Of a stretch of 64,000 bases of DNA, positions 16,113-26,588 are shown in pieces (position 1 is the first letter of the stretch; each line of letters begins with the position of its first letter). The notes under the pieces are model-generated. The model was not told the DNA's origin and made no database searches. It saw only the letters and a list, made by a program, of their open reading frames with translations. The DNA is from a virus (Duplodnaviria; Caudoviricetes): IMG/VR virus record IMGVR_UViG_3300021431_004525. One strand, 5' to 3'. The position numbers were made by a program, and so were the translations under genes.

Positions 16113-18116
16113 TTATTTGTTTTTTGAACGTCTGTCGAATACTTCCTTTTCATCTACGATGTAGACTCTTGGGCTTCTTACGCCAGTTTTCTCTTCGATG
16201 TAGTACCAAACCATGCTTTCAACTTCTTCTTCGATTGCATCCATTGGCATATCAGGAGAAGATACCGCAACCTCTACTGACACATCATATCCGTCAAATC
16301 CATCTGGCTGAAGTATGATTTGTCTTACCAAGACTGATGAATAGTTATTGGAATTGTCAATATATTCATCCTTTACTGATTGTAATTCTTGTACTTTCTC
16401 AGGTGTTAACTCATCGAACATTCCGTCGACGTTAAGTTTCATAATTGCACCATATGAATAGTCTGACAAATCGTCATCCTCTTCTGGATACCACGACTCT
16501 TTAAGTTGTTTTTTCAGTGATTTGATTTTATTAGTAAGTGGTGTTGTATCTTTTCCATCATCCTCATAGTCAGAAATTTGTTGACGTAATTTCCTTATTT
16601 GTCTGTTAATTTCTTTATTCGCCTCATCTCTTTTTAACCTATGTTTTTTAGAGTCTTCGTTATCCTGTGATGAATGTACTTGGCCTGTATCTATTTCCTC
16701 ATGGATTTTTCCTTCGTTTGCAGTTACTTTTTCAACTTTGTTAAGAGGAACTGACATTAATGTCCATGTTTTACCATCTTTCTGATAATCGACATCACAT
16801 GTTTCTTCCCATGTCATAAGGTGTGTACCGAAATCTTTAATGACACCTTCTATATTTTGAGTTCTACCGTGTACTATTACTTTATCACCGGTTTGGAATT
16901 GTCCGTCAGATGATTTGGCATGATATGTACCGTTGGCTTGTTGCATTGCCTTTATATATTCTCTCATATCATAACTCATTTCATCATCTTGTTCTTGTTT
17001 CCAATGTTCATCATCGTCTGACAAATCATCGATGGCTTCTTTAACCATATTTCTTATTTTGCTTTCCAATGCCGCTGTTGGGTGTTTAATTTCCTTTCTT
17101 TTTGAAAGAACCAATCGACGTTCTCTGTCTGATGGTTTATTCCAATGTACGCCTTCCTCTGCCCAATCAGGTTTGTTGAGGAAATTATACCAGTAACCAC
17201 CTTCTCCACCCCATGCGATGAGGTTATTTGGGTCTGTAGCATTCCACCCTTTTGTTACGTCCCAATATTTAGCCTTTTGAATGTACGGTTTTATCTGATT
17301 AAGGTCATCGACTAACATGCTTTCATTTCCTTGCCCTTCAATATAACAATGGAAAAGGTATTGACCGGTACTTTCTCTCAGATGTCTTTTAGATTCATCA
17401 AATGCACGGTTAAGGGAACCTTTACGATGTAACGGACGTTTATCAGCAGCAGCCATTGCACGTTTATCGGCACGTTTCATATTTTCTTTTTCTTTATTGT
17501 GCATCTTATCTTGGTCTTTTCTCGCAAAATAAGCATCTACGCCATCATGTGCAAATTTATGTGCGTTGATTCTGTAATTGTTTGAGAAATCATCCGGATG
17601 ATTTGGTTTGTCATAATTTCCGGCATATACTTCTGATAACACCTTATTTACGGTTTCCCTTATTTTAGACTCAAGTGGGTGTTCTCTTTCTGCTTCTGCT
17701 TTACCATAGTCGGCAAGTGCATCAAAACCGGGTGCTACATCATAAGGATTGAGATTGAAGTCATTCACATAGTTGTCAACAGTATCTGAGAAAGCGTTGA
17801 ACTTATCAAGTTCTTCTGCGTTTTTACCGTATCTTGCCTGTGTGTCCTTTGCTTGGTCATCGATTTCTCTCCAATCGGAATCCATTTCTTCTTTCTTACG
17901 GTCAGGATAAACAGGACCTTCAGGACCGTTATTGATATTATCATATTTAGCGAGTGAGTCAAGGAAATCATCATCCATTGTTTCCCCGGTTACACTTGCA
18001 AGGTTATTCATATCGTTCATATAGTCGCCTGATACGCCATTGGCATCAATAGTTTCGGACAATATTTTATTGATATGTTCCTTTAATTGTTCTCTATTTA
18101 ATTTCTTATTAGCCAT
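16113..18116 (-). CDS. leader-tagged multi-module polyprotein (667 aa)
   Basis: Repeated junctions ILSE, LESKIRETVNKVLSE, HLRE, LESKIRNMVKE, IHEE, QLKE. Confidence 0.8.
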   Translation of the reverse strand: MANKKLNREQLKEHINKILSETIDANGVSGDYMNDMNNLASVTGETMDDDFLDSLAKYDNINNGPEGPVYPDRKKEEMDSDWREIDDQAKDTQARYGKNAEELDKFNAFSDTVDNYVNDFNLNPYDVAPGFDALADYGKAEAEREHPLESKIRETVNKVLSEVYAGNYDKPNHPDDFSNNYRINAHKFAHDGVDAYFARKDQDKMHNKEKENMKRADKRAMAAADKRPLHRKGSLNRAFDESKRHLRESTGQYLFHCYIEGQGNESMLVDDLNQIKPYIQKAKYWDVTKGWNATDPNNLIAWGGEGGYWYNFLNKPDWAEEGVHWNKPSDRERRLVLSKRKEIKHPTAALESKIRNMVKEAIDDLSDDDEHWKQEQDDEMSYDMREYIKAMQQANGTYHAKSSDGQFQTGDKVIVHGRTQNIEGVIKDFGTHLMTWEETCDVDYQKDGKTWTLMSVPLNKVEKVTANEGKIHEEIDTGQVHSSQDNEDSKKHRLKRDEANKEINRQIRKLRQQISDYEDDGKDTTPLTNKIKSLKKQLKESWYPEEDDDLSDYSYGAIMKLNVDGMFDELTPEKVQELQSVKDEYIDNSNNYSSVLVRQIILQPDGFDGYDVSVEVAVSSPDMPMDAIEEEVESMVWYYIEEKTGVRSPRVYIVDEKEVFDRRSKNK

Positions 18117-18215
18117 GACTAAATTTTTATTATAACGTTATATAATAATAAATAGGTGTAAATGGTTAAATGTTAAGCAATTTAATAGCATTTTCGAGGT
18201 GTGACTGTTGTTCTT

Positions 18216-18401
18216 TTAGTCATATTTTTCTTTTTTAAGTTCTTCAATGAGTTTATCTGCATAACTTACTGCAAGGTCTGCCAATTGTCTTTTGAAAATG
18301 AATTGTAAGACGAATGTCATGATTGAACTGCTAAGTATCGCGTTCATTATGTTAATGGATGCATCAACTCTTACCTGTTCCCAATTTATATTATTATCCA
18401 T
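18216..18401 (-). CDS. hypothetical protein
   Basis: INWEQVRVDASI...AVSYADKLIEELKK, a common Bacteroidota phage pattern; promoter directly upstream. Confidence 0.7.
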   Translation of the reverse strand: MDNNINWEQVRVDASINIMNAILSSSIMTFVLQFIFKRQLADLAVSYADKLIEELKKEKYD

Positions 18402-18462
18402 AATGCAAAGATAGTATTTTTCCTTGATATAATCAAATGATTTTAGTTAATTTAATATAATT

Positions 18463-20256
18463 ATGTTAAATGGCGTTGTTATAATTAATATGAATAGGAT
18501 AATCAAAATAACTGAAGAATGTTATAATGCTTTTATAAACGGAGAAGATGTATTGTTTGAGGGTGTTGACTGGTCAAAAAATGATGACGGTACTATTAAT
18601 ATGTCTGTTAATCAGAGAATGGACAACAATTCAAACAAGGGTACTAACAGTGTTGACACAAGGGTATTTGGTACTAAGGATGATATTCTTAATGGTAAGA
18701 TTTTGACTAAAACCGGTAAAGAAAATCAAAAGTCGAAATCACTACAACAATATTATGACAACAGGAAAGCACAGATTCAGTTTTATAACAATGTCATAGA
18801 TTATGTAAGAAATGGCCGTCAGGGGCAATTACCGTATGTTAATGGTTTGGATGATACAACATGGGGTGCTGTTAAGAAATGGTTTGATAAAGGCTATTCT
18901 GACAATAGAATAATAGATGCTTGTAAGAAATCCATTAATAGAGTGAATGGCGATTCCGTACAAACGTTCTCAACATATAACCGTGTTTCTCAAGCAGAGA
19001 ATCCGGATAAAGTTGCAAGATACATTACAGGTATTGTACCTGACACTAATGTTAAATACATTTCATTGTTCTCAATGACAGATTTCAATTTCAGTGATGC
19101 AATAAAGCATGGTACATTACGTCAAAACAGCAACACGGATAAACTTCTTGGTATCGGTGAAAAAGACCGTGAATTAGATGCAAATGGTAATTATAAGGAA
19201 TTAAACATGACTTATGATGGAAATGTAAAACCAAATGTTGCACAGAATTTTTCTTTGAACAATGTAAAAGATGGTCATTTTAAACAGCAATTTGGTTTAA
19301 ATGGAGATGGTGGTTATTCATCAGTTTCACAGTTCCTTGATAAATCAGTTAATTATGCCGCTTATGCGTTGAAGAAAGAAGGGTTTACTCCGGACATATT
19401 AGTGTCTGCGCCATCTTCATCTGACTTTAACAAATATTATTGTACGAATTTGTCTAATAAGTTAGGAATAAAGTATATAAGTGACTTCTTCAAAAGGAAT
19501 GTTGTTAATGTAAGGTATGCTGATGGAAAGGATTTGTTATCAAAAGGTTTCTCTCCAAAGGACGTAATGGAGTTTGAAAGTCAAGCCAAGAATATTGCAT
19601 ATAATGAGATTGCATATTTGGTATCTGAACCAATTCGTAAATTCATAAATGATTATCAGTCAATATTCAATACAATCTCATTACAGAAGCATAGCCGTGA
19701 GAAGACAAGTTTGAATGATATATTTGACTGTACAATGATTTATGCATATAGAACAATTCTGAATAGTTTACAGAACGATGTTGTTTCTGAGCATCTTGTA
19801 AAGAATTTCTTATCAAAACAGACAAAATTATATCAGAAATCATATGATTCTACACATATTTTCAATGAAGTTTCTTCGAGAATCAAGATGAAAATTGGTC
19901 AGAAAGTATTCAATAACGTACTGATGCAAACCAAGAATTTGGTTGAACAATATTCAAATCTTTTGAAACAGAATGGTTATAAGTTAAGGTTTAATCTTAA
20001 ACGTTTTAAGATTACATCATTTAAGAAACAGTTTAGACCATTCTTATCAAATCTTTATGTCGTTGCTGATGACTATATGAATAATGGTCAGTTAATGAAA
20101 CAATACAGAAACGCCAAGTTCCTCATTTTTGATGAGGATATAAACAGTGGTGCAACATTAAAGATTGTCATCGATGCATTGGAAGAGAAATTACCGGAAA
20201 ACACGGAAAATAACATGATGTGTTTAGTTAATGCTTACAGTGCAAGCGGTTTCTAA
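18463..20256 (+). CDS. phosphoribosyltransferase-fold protein
   Basis: APSSS loop and C-terminal PRPP-binding motif FLIFDEDINSGATL; leader IIKITEE...LFE; probable start 18490. Confidence 0.7.
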   Translation: MLNGVVIINMNRIIKITEECYNAFINGEDVLFEGVDWSKNDDGTINMSVNQRMDNNSNKGTNSVDTRVFGTKDDILNGKILTKTGKENQKSKSLQQYYDNRKAQIQFYNNVIDYVRNGRQGQLPYVNGLDDTTWGAVKKWFDKGYSDNRIIDACKKSINRVNGDSVQTFSTYNRVSQAENPDKVARYITGIVPDTNVKYISLFSMTDFNFSDAIKHGTLRQNSNTDKLLGIGEKDRELDANGNYKELNMTYDGNVKPNVAQNFSLNNVKDGHFKQQFGLNGDGGYSSVSQFLDKSVNYAAYALKKEGFTPDILVSAPSSSDFNKYYCTNLSNKLGIKYISDFFKRNVVNVRYADGKDLLSKGFSPKDVMEFESQAKNIAYNEIAYLVSEPIRKFINDYQSIFNTISLQKHSREKTSLNDIFDCTMIYAYRTILNSLQNDVVSEHLVKNFLSKQTKLYQKSYDSTHIFNEVSSRIKMKIGQKVFNNVLMQTKNLVEQYSNLLKQNGYKLRFNLKRFKITSFKKQFRPFLSNLYVVADDYMNNGQLMKQYRNAKFLIFDEDINSGATLKIVIDALEEKLPENTENNMMCLVNAYSASGF

Positions 20257-20780
20257 TCCATATGGTCATGTATTGTATCAAGTAGTCCTTTATCGTCTTT
20301 TAGTTTTTCAAGTTCTTTAATCAACTTGTTTTCTTCTTCACGTTCAGGATTATCAAGTAACTTTTTATATATTTCTAATTTTTTACTTAAATTATCAAGA
20401 GAACCTTGTATATCGGCATCATGATTCCATTTACTTAGCCAACCTTCATTTTTCTTACAATTTTCGATACATTTAGCATATTCATCGACAAGGTACTTAT
20501 CTTCATCCACAAATACAATATTCATTTTTATGAAAAATTCAAAGATAAAGTCAATTAGTCCAATGCATGAGAAATCAGCACCTTCATTACCGCGTTGCCC
20601 TTTTTTACCTGTTATATAATCTTTGAAGACTTTTCTGCAATCGTCTATAACAAGGCTTTGCAAATCTAAATAAGCGTCACTCTGTCTTGGACCGACACCC
20701 CACGCACCTTCATTAATCGACTGTTTATATGTATTGTCGATTTTACTCATTAGGTTTTTTATTTCATTTAATGTATTCAT
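20253..20780 (-). CDS. DUF4259-like protein behind a short leader
   Basis: ...SINE-GAWGVGPRQSDAYLD resembles the MGAWGxGxFxxDxAxD start of DUF4259 proteins. Confidence 0.55.
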   Translation of the reverse strand: MNTLNEIKNLMSKIDNTYKQSINEGAWGVGPRQSDAYLDLQSLVIDDCRKVFKDYITGKKGQRGNEGADFSCIGLIDFIFEFFIKMNIVFVDEDKYLVDEYAKCIENCKKNEGWLSKWNHDADIQGSLDNLSKKLEIYKKLLDNPEREEENKLIKELEKLKDDKGLLDTIHDHMD

Positions 20781-21865
20781 TGTTCTAATCTATTAAAATG
20801 ATTATTAAAATAATCTCGTCCATACAATTGTATAATTTGTTTTGGCCATAATTCATTTTTAATCAAGTCATATGCATTATCTGATGGAGGATTTTGAAGC
20901 ATTCCAAAAGACTCAAGTGATTGTTTTACTTCTTCACGACTGTTATAATAGTCTTTTTCATTTTTCCAAATCCTATCAATCACATCATCAAATGATTTAA
21001 CATCCTCATTAGGATAGAATAGTTTTTCTTTTCTTATCTTGGAATATTTCCAATTTCCCTTATAATCAGTACCTTCACACCATTCTTTATTCTTGAATTT
21101 CTTCAGAAATTCCCTTACACTCATAGGTTGATAGTTATCACTACTATGCACATATCCATCCTCATGGGGTAATTTAACCCATATACGTTTAATCATATTT
21201 GGATTTAAGTCGCCCATAAACAATGCTTGATGTTCTGTATTATTGAAAATTCTGTCAGCCATTTCCGGTTTATCTGAGTTTCTGACATGGTTCATTGAGA
21301 TTTCGCGTCTGCGATGTTTATCATCGTAATAGTAATCATCCTCTGTATTTAATGCATCCTGACGATATTGCATCTTCTGTGCGTTTCTTTCTTCGCCGTT
21401 TTTAAATGGCATTGGGTTTGTTCCTTGTCCGAAGTAAGAACCTTGTCCGTTCCATATAGGGCTTTCCAAATCAGAGCCTTTTGCTGTAAACTCAATAATA
21501 GCCATACCTGAATTAGATACACCGAATTTCTTTGCCGTTTCAAAATCAGTGGTTACGAAGATTCCAAGTGGATTCATTCCACTTTCATAAGAATACTGTC
21601 TTGGATGGTATGTCCTGCCGGATGTGCCGTTAATTGCTATATCACAAGCGGTTTTCAATTCACACCCATGAAATACACGTATTCTGCTATCATCGGTAAT
21701 CGGTTCTTGGTTATATATGTCTGACCAATGGCTTTTCTGTACTTTACCGTTGTATTTCTCACCCCTTGTATCTATATATCTGACTTCGTTAAGTGCCTCA
21801 CAAACCACTTGTTGTATTACGTTTCTTAGTGTACTTTCTTTTATTCTTATCTTATTTTCAGTCAT
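20777..21865 (-). CDS. leader-tagged ADP-ribosyltransferase-like protein
   Basis: IKESTLRNVIQQVVCEALNE leader; RVFHG...GIFVTTDFETAKKF ART-like core; start reassigned to MTENK, downstream of late motif 21909. Confidence 0.6.
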   Translation of the reverse strand: MTENKIRIKESTLRNVIQQVVCEALNEVRYIDTRGEKYNGKVQKSHWSDIYNQEPITDDSRIRVFHGCELKTACDIAINGTSGRTYHPRQYSYESGMNPLGIFVTTDFETAKKFGVSNSGMAIIEFTAKGSDLESPIWNGQGSYFGQGTNPMPFKNGEERNAQKMQYRQDALNTEDDYYYDDKHRRREISMNHVRNSDKPEMADRIFNNTEHQALFMGDLNPNMIKRIWVKLPHEDGYVHSSDNYQPMSVREFLKKFKNKEWCEGTDYKGNWKYSKIRKEKLFYPNEDVKSFDDVIDRIWKNEKDYYNSREEVKQSLESFGMLQNPPSDNAYDLIKNELWPKQIIQLYGRDYFNNHFNRLEQ

Positions 21866-22001
21866 ATCGTCCATATCAGAATTGAAATTACCTTTAATGT
21901 ATACAAACATAAATAGTGAAATTGGACCAACAAAAAAGAAAAAAGCAGTGAAATTACTATTTCACCACTTCTCAAGGTGATAAAATTTGCAAAAATGCAA
22001 G

Positions 22002-22532
22002 TTATCGTGAAAGATAGTATGCAATTGATACATCCCCTTGTGCGTTACGTATTAGGAATGTTGTCAAAAAAGGAAACTCTCCACCACCACACCAATTCCA
22101 AATATCCTTTGAGGTTGGAACATCAACACCACGTCCGATGTAGGCATGTTGCATATAATCTTCTATGTATTCTTGCACATATTCAGCGATTTTATCTGCT
22201 GTACCGGTAAGTTCGAATAATTCCTTACATTCATATGTTATAGGTAATTTTTCATAATATCTAAACCAACGTCTGTTAATTTCATCATATATATGGCAGT
22301 GTGGTGTCTTTTTTGCCATATTGAATGGATTCTGTTTGAAAATTGTTAGAATCTTATTAGAAAAGTCATCCAATACGATTTTCTTGCAGAAATCAATGTC
22401 CGGATTATCATAGTCAATATCAACCTTTGTATACATTACAACACCGGCTCTTACAAATGCATTACCATACTCATTTGGCGGCAATACTTCGCAACATGCA
22501 TAAATCTTTTCTTTATTATCTTTTGTCTCCAT
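22002..22532 (-). CDS. hypothetical protein
   Basis: 176 aa; host-type promoter at ~22554. Confidence 0.75.
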   Translation of the reverse strand: METKDNKEKIYACCEVLPPNEYGNAFVRAGVVMYTKVDIDYDNPDIDFCKKIVLDDFSNKILTIFKQNPFNMAKKTPHCHIYDEINRRWFRYYEKLPITYECKELFELTGTADKIAEYVQEYIEDYMQHAYIGRGVDVPTSKDIWNWCGGGEFPFLTTFLIRNAQGDVSIAYYLSR

Positions 22533-22629
22533 TTAAATTAAGTTTAATTCAAATGCAAATATACTGCAAAAAAAATATATTAACAAATAAAATTTGTAAC
22601 TATTTATCTGTATATACGGATATTTTTTA

Positions 22630-23976
22630 ATGGCACAACATATAAATAAAGACGATTTGAAGAAAATCATTAAGAAGATTATTAAGGAATCTGTTGGTAT
22701 TCCATCAGAGGAAAACTATTATATTAGCGTAATGGTTCCAAGGATAAAGTCTTGGATGGATGAAGTTTATCAAGATTGGGGCGGTATCAATGCTGTTTCA
22801 CCTGAAGCATTAACTGATTTCAGCAACCGTAATGACTATGAAGAGTCTCTTGATGCTTTTGCACACGAATTTAATGTAGATAGAGAAGAACTTAGACCAG
22901 CATTTGATAAAGCAATTGAGATTGCACATAGTAAATTAAAGGAAGACTTACTTGGAGAGGCTAAGTTTGTTAACCAATTCACACCATATACAGATGATGA
23001 GAAAAGGACAAATTTTGAATATTTGAAAACCGGTTTTGGTAGAAGTCCTGAAGAAAGAAATCCGTCTTATGCAGCGGCAAAAAAAGCAGCAGAAGAAAGA
23101 CGTAAGCAAAAAGAGGCACAGAAACAAAATGGTGAAGTGAGCGAAACTATACATTATACCGCAGAAAGAATGGCAGCAGACAACAACTATCGCATGAAAT
23201 GGAATGAAAAATATCTTAAGCCATTACTTGATAAATGCGACACAATATTAAACGGTTCTGAAAACGCTTCTGTACAAGAAATTATCGACCTTTACAAAAG
23301 GCTTAACACAATTAGAAGCTGTAACCCAATTAAGTATGATGTAAGACTAATAGAGTTACAGGATGAGATTAAGGATAGATTGGAAAAGTTGGTTGAATTT
23401 ATTAGACAAATGATGACTAATAGGCCAAATGAATCCAAGAAACGTGTTAATAATCAAACATTAAATTGTAATAGAAATATGAATAAGAAACTTATAAGAT
23501 TAACAGAAAATGACCTTCACAAGATTGTAAAAGAGTCTGTTATTAGAGTATTGAACGAGAAACTCGTATATAGAAATGCAAAATTTTACACTCCGACACC
23601 AATACCAAGTGACGGTGGACCAATGTATAACGATACTTTTGCTTTTAAGGAATTTCAAAAACTTATAGATGGGTGTAATAGACAATTGAAATTTCCTGTA
23701 CTTAACAGAAAACAAGGCATAGATGCGAGTGAATTCCTTATTCAACAGTTTGAGAATTGGGTAAATGAATATGGCAAATATATTGTATCTAATCAACCAA
23801 TTGGAAAATTAGTTAAAGGAAATGGAATTCAAAATAAGTTCGGAAAAATAGAATATGTGAAAGGTGATGGGGGATACGCAAGAATTTTTGCTGATTGTGT
23901 TAATAGTGGGACACCGTATTACGATGAAGTAGCAGATACTTTTGACCCGTATCCCGATGAAGAAGTGTATTTTTAG
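22630..23976 (+). CDS. leader-tagged multi-module polyprotein
   Basis: INKDDLKKIIKKIIKE at N-terminus; internal MNKKLIRLTENDLHKIVKESVIRVLNE. Confidence 0.8.
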   Translation: MAQHINKDDLKKIIKKIIKESVGIPSEENYYISVMVPRIKSWMDEVYQDWGGINAVSPEALTDFSNRNDYEESLDAFAHEFNVDREELRPAFDKAIEIAHSKLKEDLLGEAKFVNQFTPYTDDEKRTNFEYLKTGFGRSPEERNPSYAAAKKAAEERRKQKEAQKQNGEVSETIHYTAERMAADNNYRMKWNEKYLKPLLDKCDTILNGSENASVQEIIDLYKRLNTIRSCNPIKYDVRLIELQDEIKDRLEKLVEFIRQMMTNRPNESKKRVNNQTLNCNRNMNKKLIRLTENDLHKIVKESVIRVLNEKLVYRNAKFYTPTPIPSDGGPMYNDTFAFKEFQKLIDGCNRQLKFPVLNRKQGIDASEFLIQQFENWVNEYGKYIVSNQPIGKLVKGNGIQNKFGKIEYVKGDGGYARIFADCVNSGTPYYDEVADTFDPYPDEEVYF

Positions 23977-23987
23977 TATGAGCAGTT

Positions 23988-24085
23988 AAGCAACCATCAG
24001 GCCAAACTTAATCTCACTCCATTTGCGAACCAAGCCAATTGACTTGTCAAACATATGGGCGAATCTCTCTGATTCGCTCATTTTT
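23988..24085 (+). repeat. conserved ~98-bp 3' element with terminator, copy A
   Basis: Aligns nearly end to end with 59719-59815; ends ATGGGCGAATC-TCTCT-GATTCGCTCAT-TTTT. Confidence 0.9.
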
Positions 24086-24190
24086 ATTGTGTTCCAACTA
24101 TACTTTGTGCCAACCGCTATATCATTGTCAAACAAAAAAGGTGGGGAAATTAATCCTCACCTTTAACATTCCGACTTATTGTGACTTTAC

Positions 24191-24562
24191 TTATTTTACT
24201 TCGACACCACGATTACGAAGAGTCAGATTAAACAACATCAAATACTTTTTATACTGTTCCTTAGTTAGTATATAAGACATATACTTGATGTGTTTGTTAA
24301 TACTGTTTTTAAGCAAAGTCTCTCTTGTAGAGCCGTCATAACCAAGAACTGAAAACTCAATATCACGTTCATACTCATCGATTATTTCCTTAACGCCATC
24401 TTTCTGGTCGTTTGTCAGTTCAAGCGTGCTGTATAAATGATTGTAGTTTGAAATTTTAAGCCCATAACGAGCAACTTCATTAAGTGCGTTCATTCCCTCA
24501 TTCTCAGCATTTGCACAGATACCCATGCACATAAACATTACGATAAATAAAATCTTCTTCAT
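24191..24562 (-). CDS. secreted/periplasmic hypothetical protein
   Basis: Signal peptide MKKILFIVMFMCMGICANA. Confidence 0.75.
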   Translation of the reverse strand: MKKILFIVMFMCMGICANAENEGMNALNEVARYGLKISNYNHLYSTLELTNDQKDGVKEIIDEYERDIEFSVLGYDGSTRETLLKNSINKHIKYMSYILTKEQYKKYLMLFNLTLRNRGVEVK

Positions 24563-24874
24563 ACTTTTTCCCTTTCTTTTAAAAATTTTTTATTTACTTT
24601 AATTTTTTCATTTATTATTAAATAACGTATTTTTTACACTTTTTCATCACATAAGTCGGTCTTTAAATAATATTTTTTACTTTTTTTGACATATATCAAA
24701 TTATTTGTGTTCGCACACAACGTTTATTTTTTAAAAAACCACAATAAAAGTGGCTTATTTGTTTTGACGAATCACATTTACTTTTGAAATGTGATGCAAA
24801 GGTACTAATAAAAAATGGATTGAGCAAATAAAAACAAAAAATATGGCTTTTTTGAGCCATATTATTGATAAAAG

Positions 24875-25192
24875 TCAAATTTGGAATATCTTTTTTATAT
24901 CTTCTTCCTCTATATCACAATGGTATAAAATATATTCAAAATGTGGAAAAACAATACAGTCATGTCTGAATATGCATTGGAAATCCGTATCACATTCGTC
25001 TATAGTATCAGTAGAGAATAATTTGGCGAACGATTTTAGGGCTTTGAAATCAATCCACATGACAAGATATTCATCACCATCATCTTTTCTCCATGAATAT
25101 TCTATTCCGTAGTGCCTCGTCCAAAAATCAACAAAATCCTGTATATTCTCTATTTTTTCCTCATTGTAGTTTTCAATATCCTCATTCGTCAT
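24875..25192 (-). CDS. hypothetical protein
   Basis: 105 aa, in operon. Confidence 0.75.
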   Translation of the reverse strand: MTNEDIENYNEEKIENIQDFVDFWTRHYGIEYSWRKDDGDEYLVMWIDFKALKSFAKLFSTDTIDECDTDFQCIFRHDCIVFPHFEYILYHCDIEEEDIKKIFQI

Positions 25193-25194
25193 AG

Positions 25195-25659
25195 TTACTT
25201 ATTGTTTAAAAATTCTTTTATATTATTTATTGTTCTTTTTATCCAACTGTCTTTCTCCGGATATGTGTTTACTTTCACTTTAATCCCATTAACCTTTATT
25301 ATCTGAATACGTTTTTGCTCAAGTTTATATTGTTCATCACGTATCTTTCTTATAGCCGCCCATGCAGCCATGAACTGATGTGTATAGAATATACCGTTAA
25401 GACTGTCTTTATCAATATCATGGCATTGTATCGTTGCACATATATAACCAGTTTCATTTGATAATGAAAACCATGAACCATCAATTTTTTCAATAGTGTA
25501 AGTTAATAGTTTGCCTGTACTTTCACTGATACGGTACAGTTTATCACCAACTTTAAGGTCAGAAATTCTATTTATCTTCATCATTTTATACATTAATTCG
25601 GATTTTTTTAATCTAAGCCAATATTTCACCCATTCGGGTATTCTAATTGTTATTTTCAT
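25195..25659 (-). CDS. hypothetical protein
   Basis: 154 aa; promoter immediately upstream. Confidence 0.75.
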   Translation of the reverse strand: MKITIRIPEWVKYWLRLKKSELMYKMMKINRISDLKVGDKLYRISESTGKLLTYTIEKIDGSWFSLSNETGYICATIQCHDIDKDSLNGIFYTHQFMAAWAAIRKIRDEQYKLEQKRIQIIKVNGIKVKVNTYPEKDSWIKRTINNIKEFLNNK

Positions 25660-25765
25660 TACATTGCAAATATACTACAAAAAAATGGAACCCCAAAGGA
25701 ATTCCATGTTAAAATTATTAAAGTCTCCGATTTTTCTCTCGATAGAGGCTTAAATTGTGGCTTAA

Positions 25766-25927
25766 TTACTCAGCCACAATTGTGTCAGCGGCAATAAAAT
25801 CAATTGAATCAACTACTGTTGTATCAACCTTTGTTGAATCATTACTCTCAGCACCCTTTGTTGAGTTGCCGCAAGATGCAAATACCATTGAGGCAAGCAT
25901 CGCAAAAACTAATACCAATTTACGCAT
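25766..25927 (-). CDS. small lipoprotein (53 aa)
   Basis: MRKLVLVFAMLASMVFAS-CGNSTKG... lipobox FASC; D/T/S/V-rich tail; promoter at 25979; not in ORF track. Confidence 0.8.
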   Translation of the reverse strand: MRKLVLVFAMLASMVFASCGNSTKGAESNDSTKVDTTVVDSIDFIAADTIVAE

Positions 25928-26039
25928 TGTTTCTAATTTAATTTAGTTAATTATTTATGTTATTTTTCTCTAAGCGTTTGCAAAGATACTAAGAATAAAT
26001 ATCATAGCAAAACAAATAAGGATATTTTTTAAGATAATT

Positions 26040-26588
26040 ATGTATATAATTGACATAAATCAAAAAACAATGAAGAAACCAAACGAAATAATTGATATCG
26101 AGATTAAATGGAGTAACTTTATTCCTTTCGCCGGATATTTGGCTATAACGTTTTTCGGCAAAATGTGGATGAGAAACAGCACCAAGGAAAAATGGGAAAA
26201 ATATATAAAAGATGGAATGGCTGCTTATGCCATCAACCATGAAATGATACACGTAAAACAGGCAGTATCTACACATAATTCATGGTGGAGGTTTTATGTA
26301 TTATATATATGGTATTGGCTAAAAGCCGTTTTCAGAGGTACTACATTTGCATATAAAATGAACCCATTTGAAATGGAAGCATATGCAAACGAAAATGATT
26401 TAACTTACATTGCAAAACACTACGGTGGTGCCGGAAGATGGAAAGTATATAAAACTATACCTATAAAGACACGTAAGGCATATTGGAAAGACTATAATAA
26501 TAAGAGAAAAACAGAATATATTACTTTCGGAAAATATATAAATGAATATATAGACCCATATTATAATTTTAAGGAATATACCTTATAA
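26040..26588 (+). CDS. HExxH putative zinc metallopeptidase
   Basis: NHEMIHVKQ...NPFEMEAY. Confidence 0.7.
   Translation: MYIIDINQKTMKKPNEIIDIEIKWSNFIPFAGYLAITFFGKMWMRNSTKEKWEKYIKDGMAAYAINHEMIHVKQAVSTHNSWWRFYVLYIWYWLKAVFRGTTFAYKMNPFEMEAYANENDLTYIAKHYGGAGRWKVYKTIPIKTRKAYWKDYNNKRKTEYITFGKYINEYIDPYYNFKEYTL

Noticed and set aside
13212-20256. Complete NAD reconstitution (NARP) anti-defence pathway from NadD + PRTase
   Set aside because: No recognisable Nampt/Namat or PRPP-synthetase-like partner in the window, and the genes are not adjacent.
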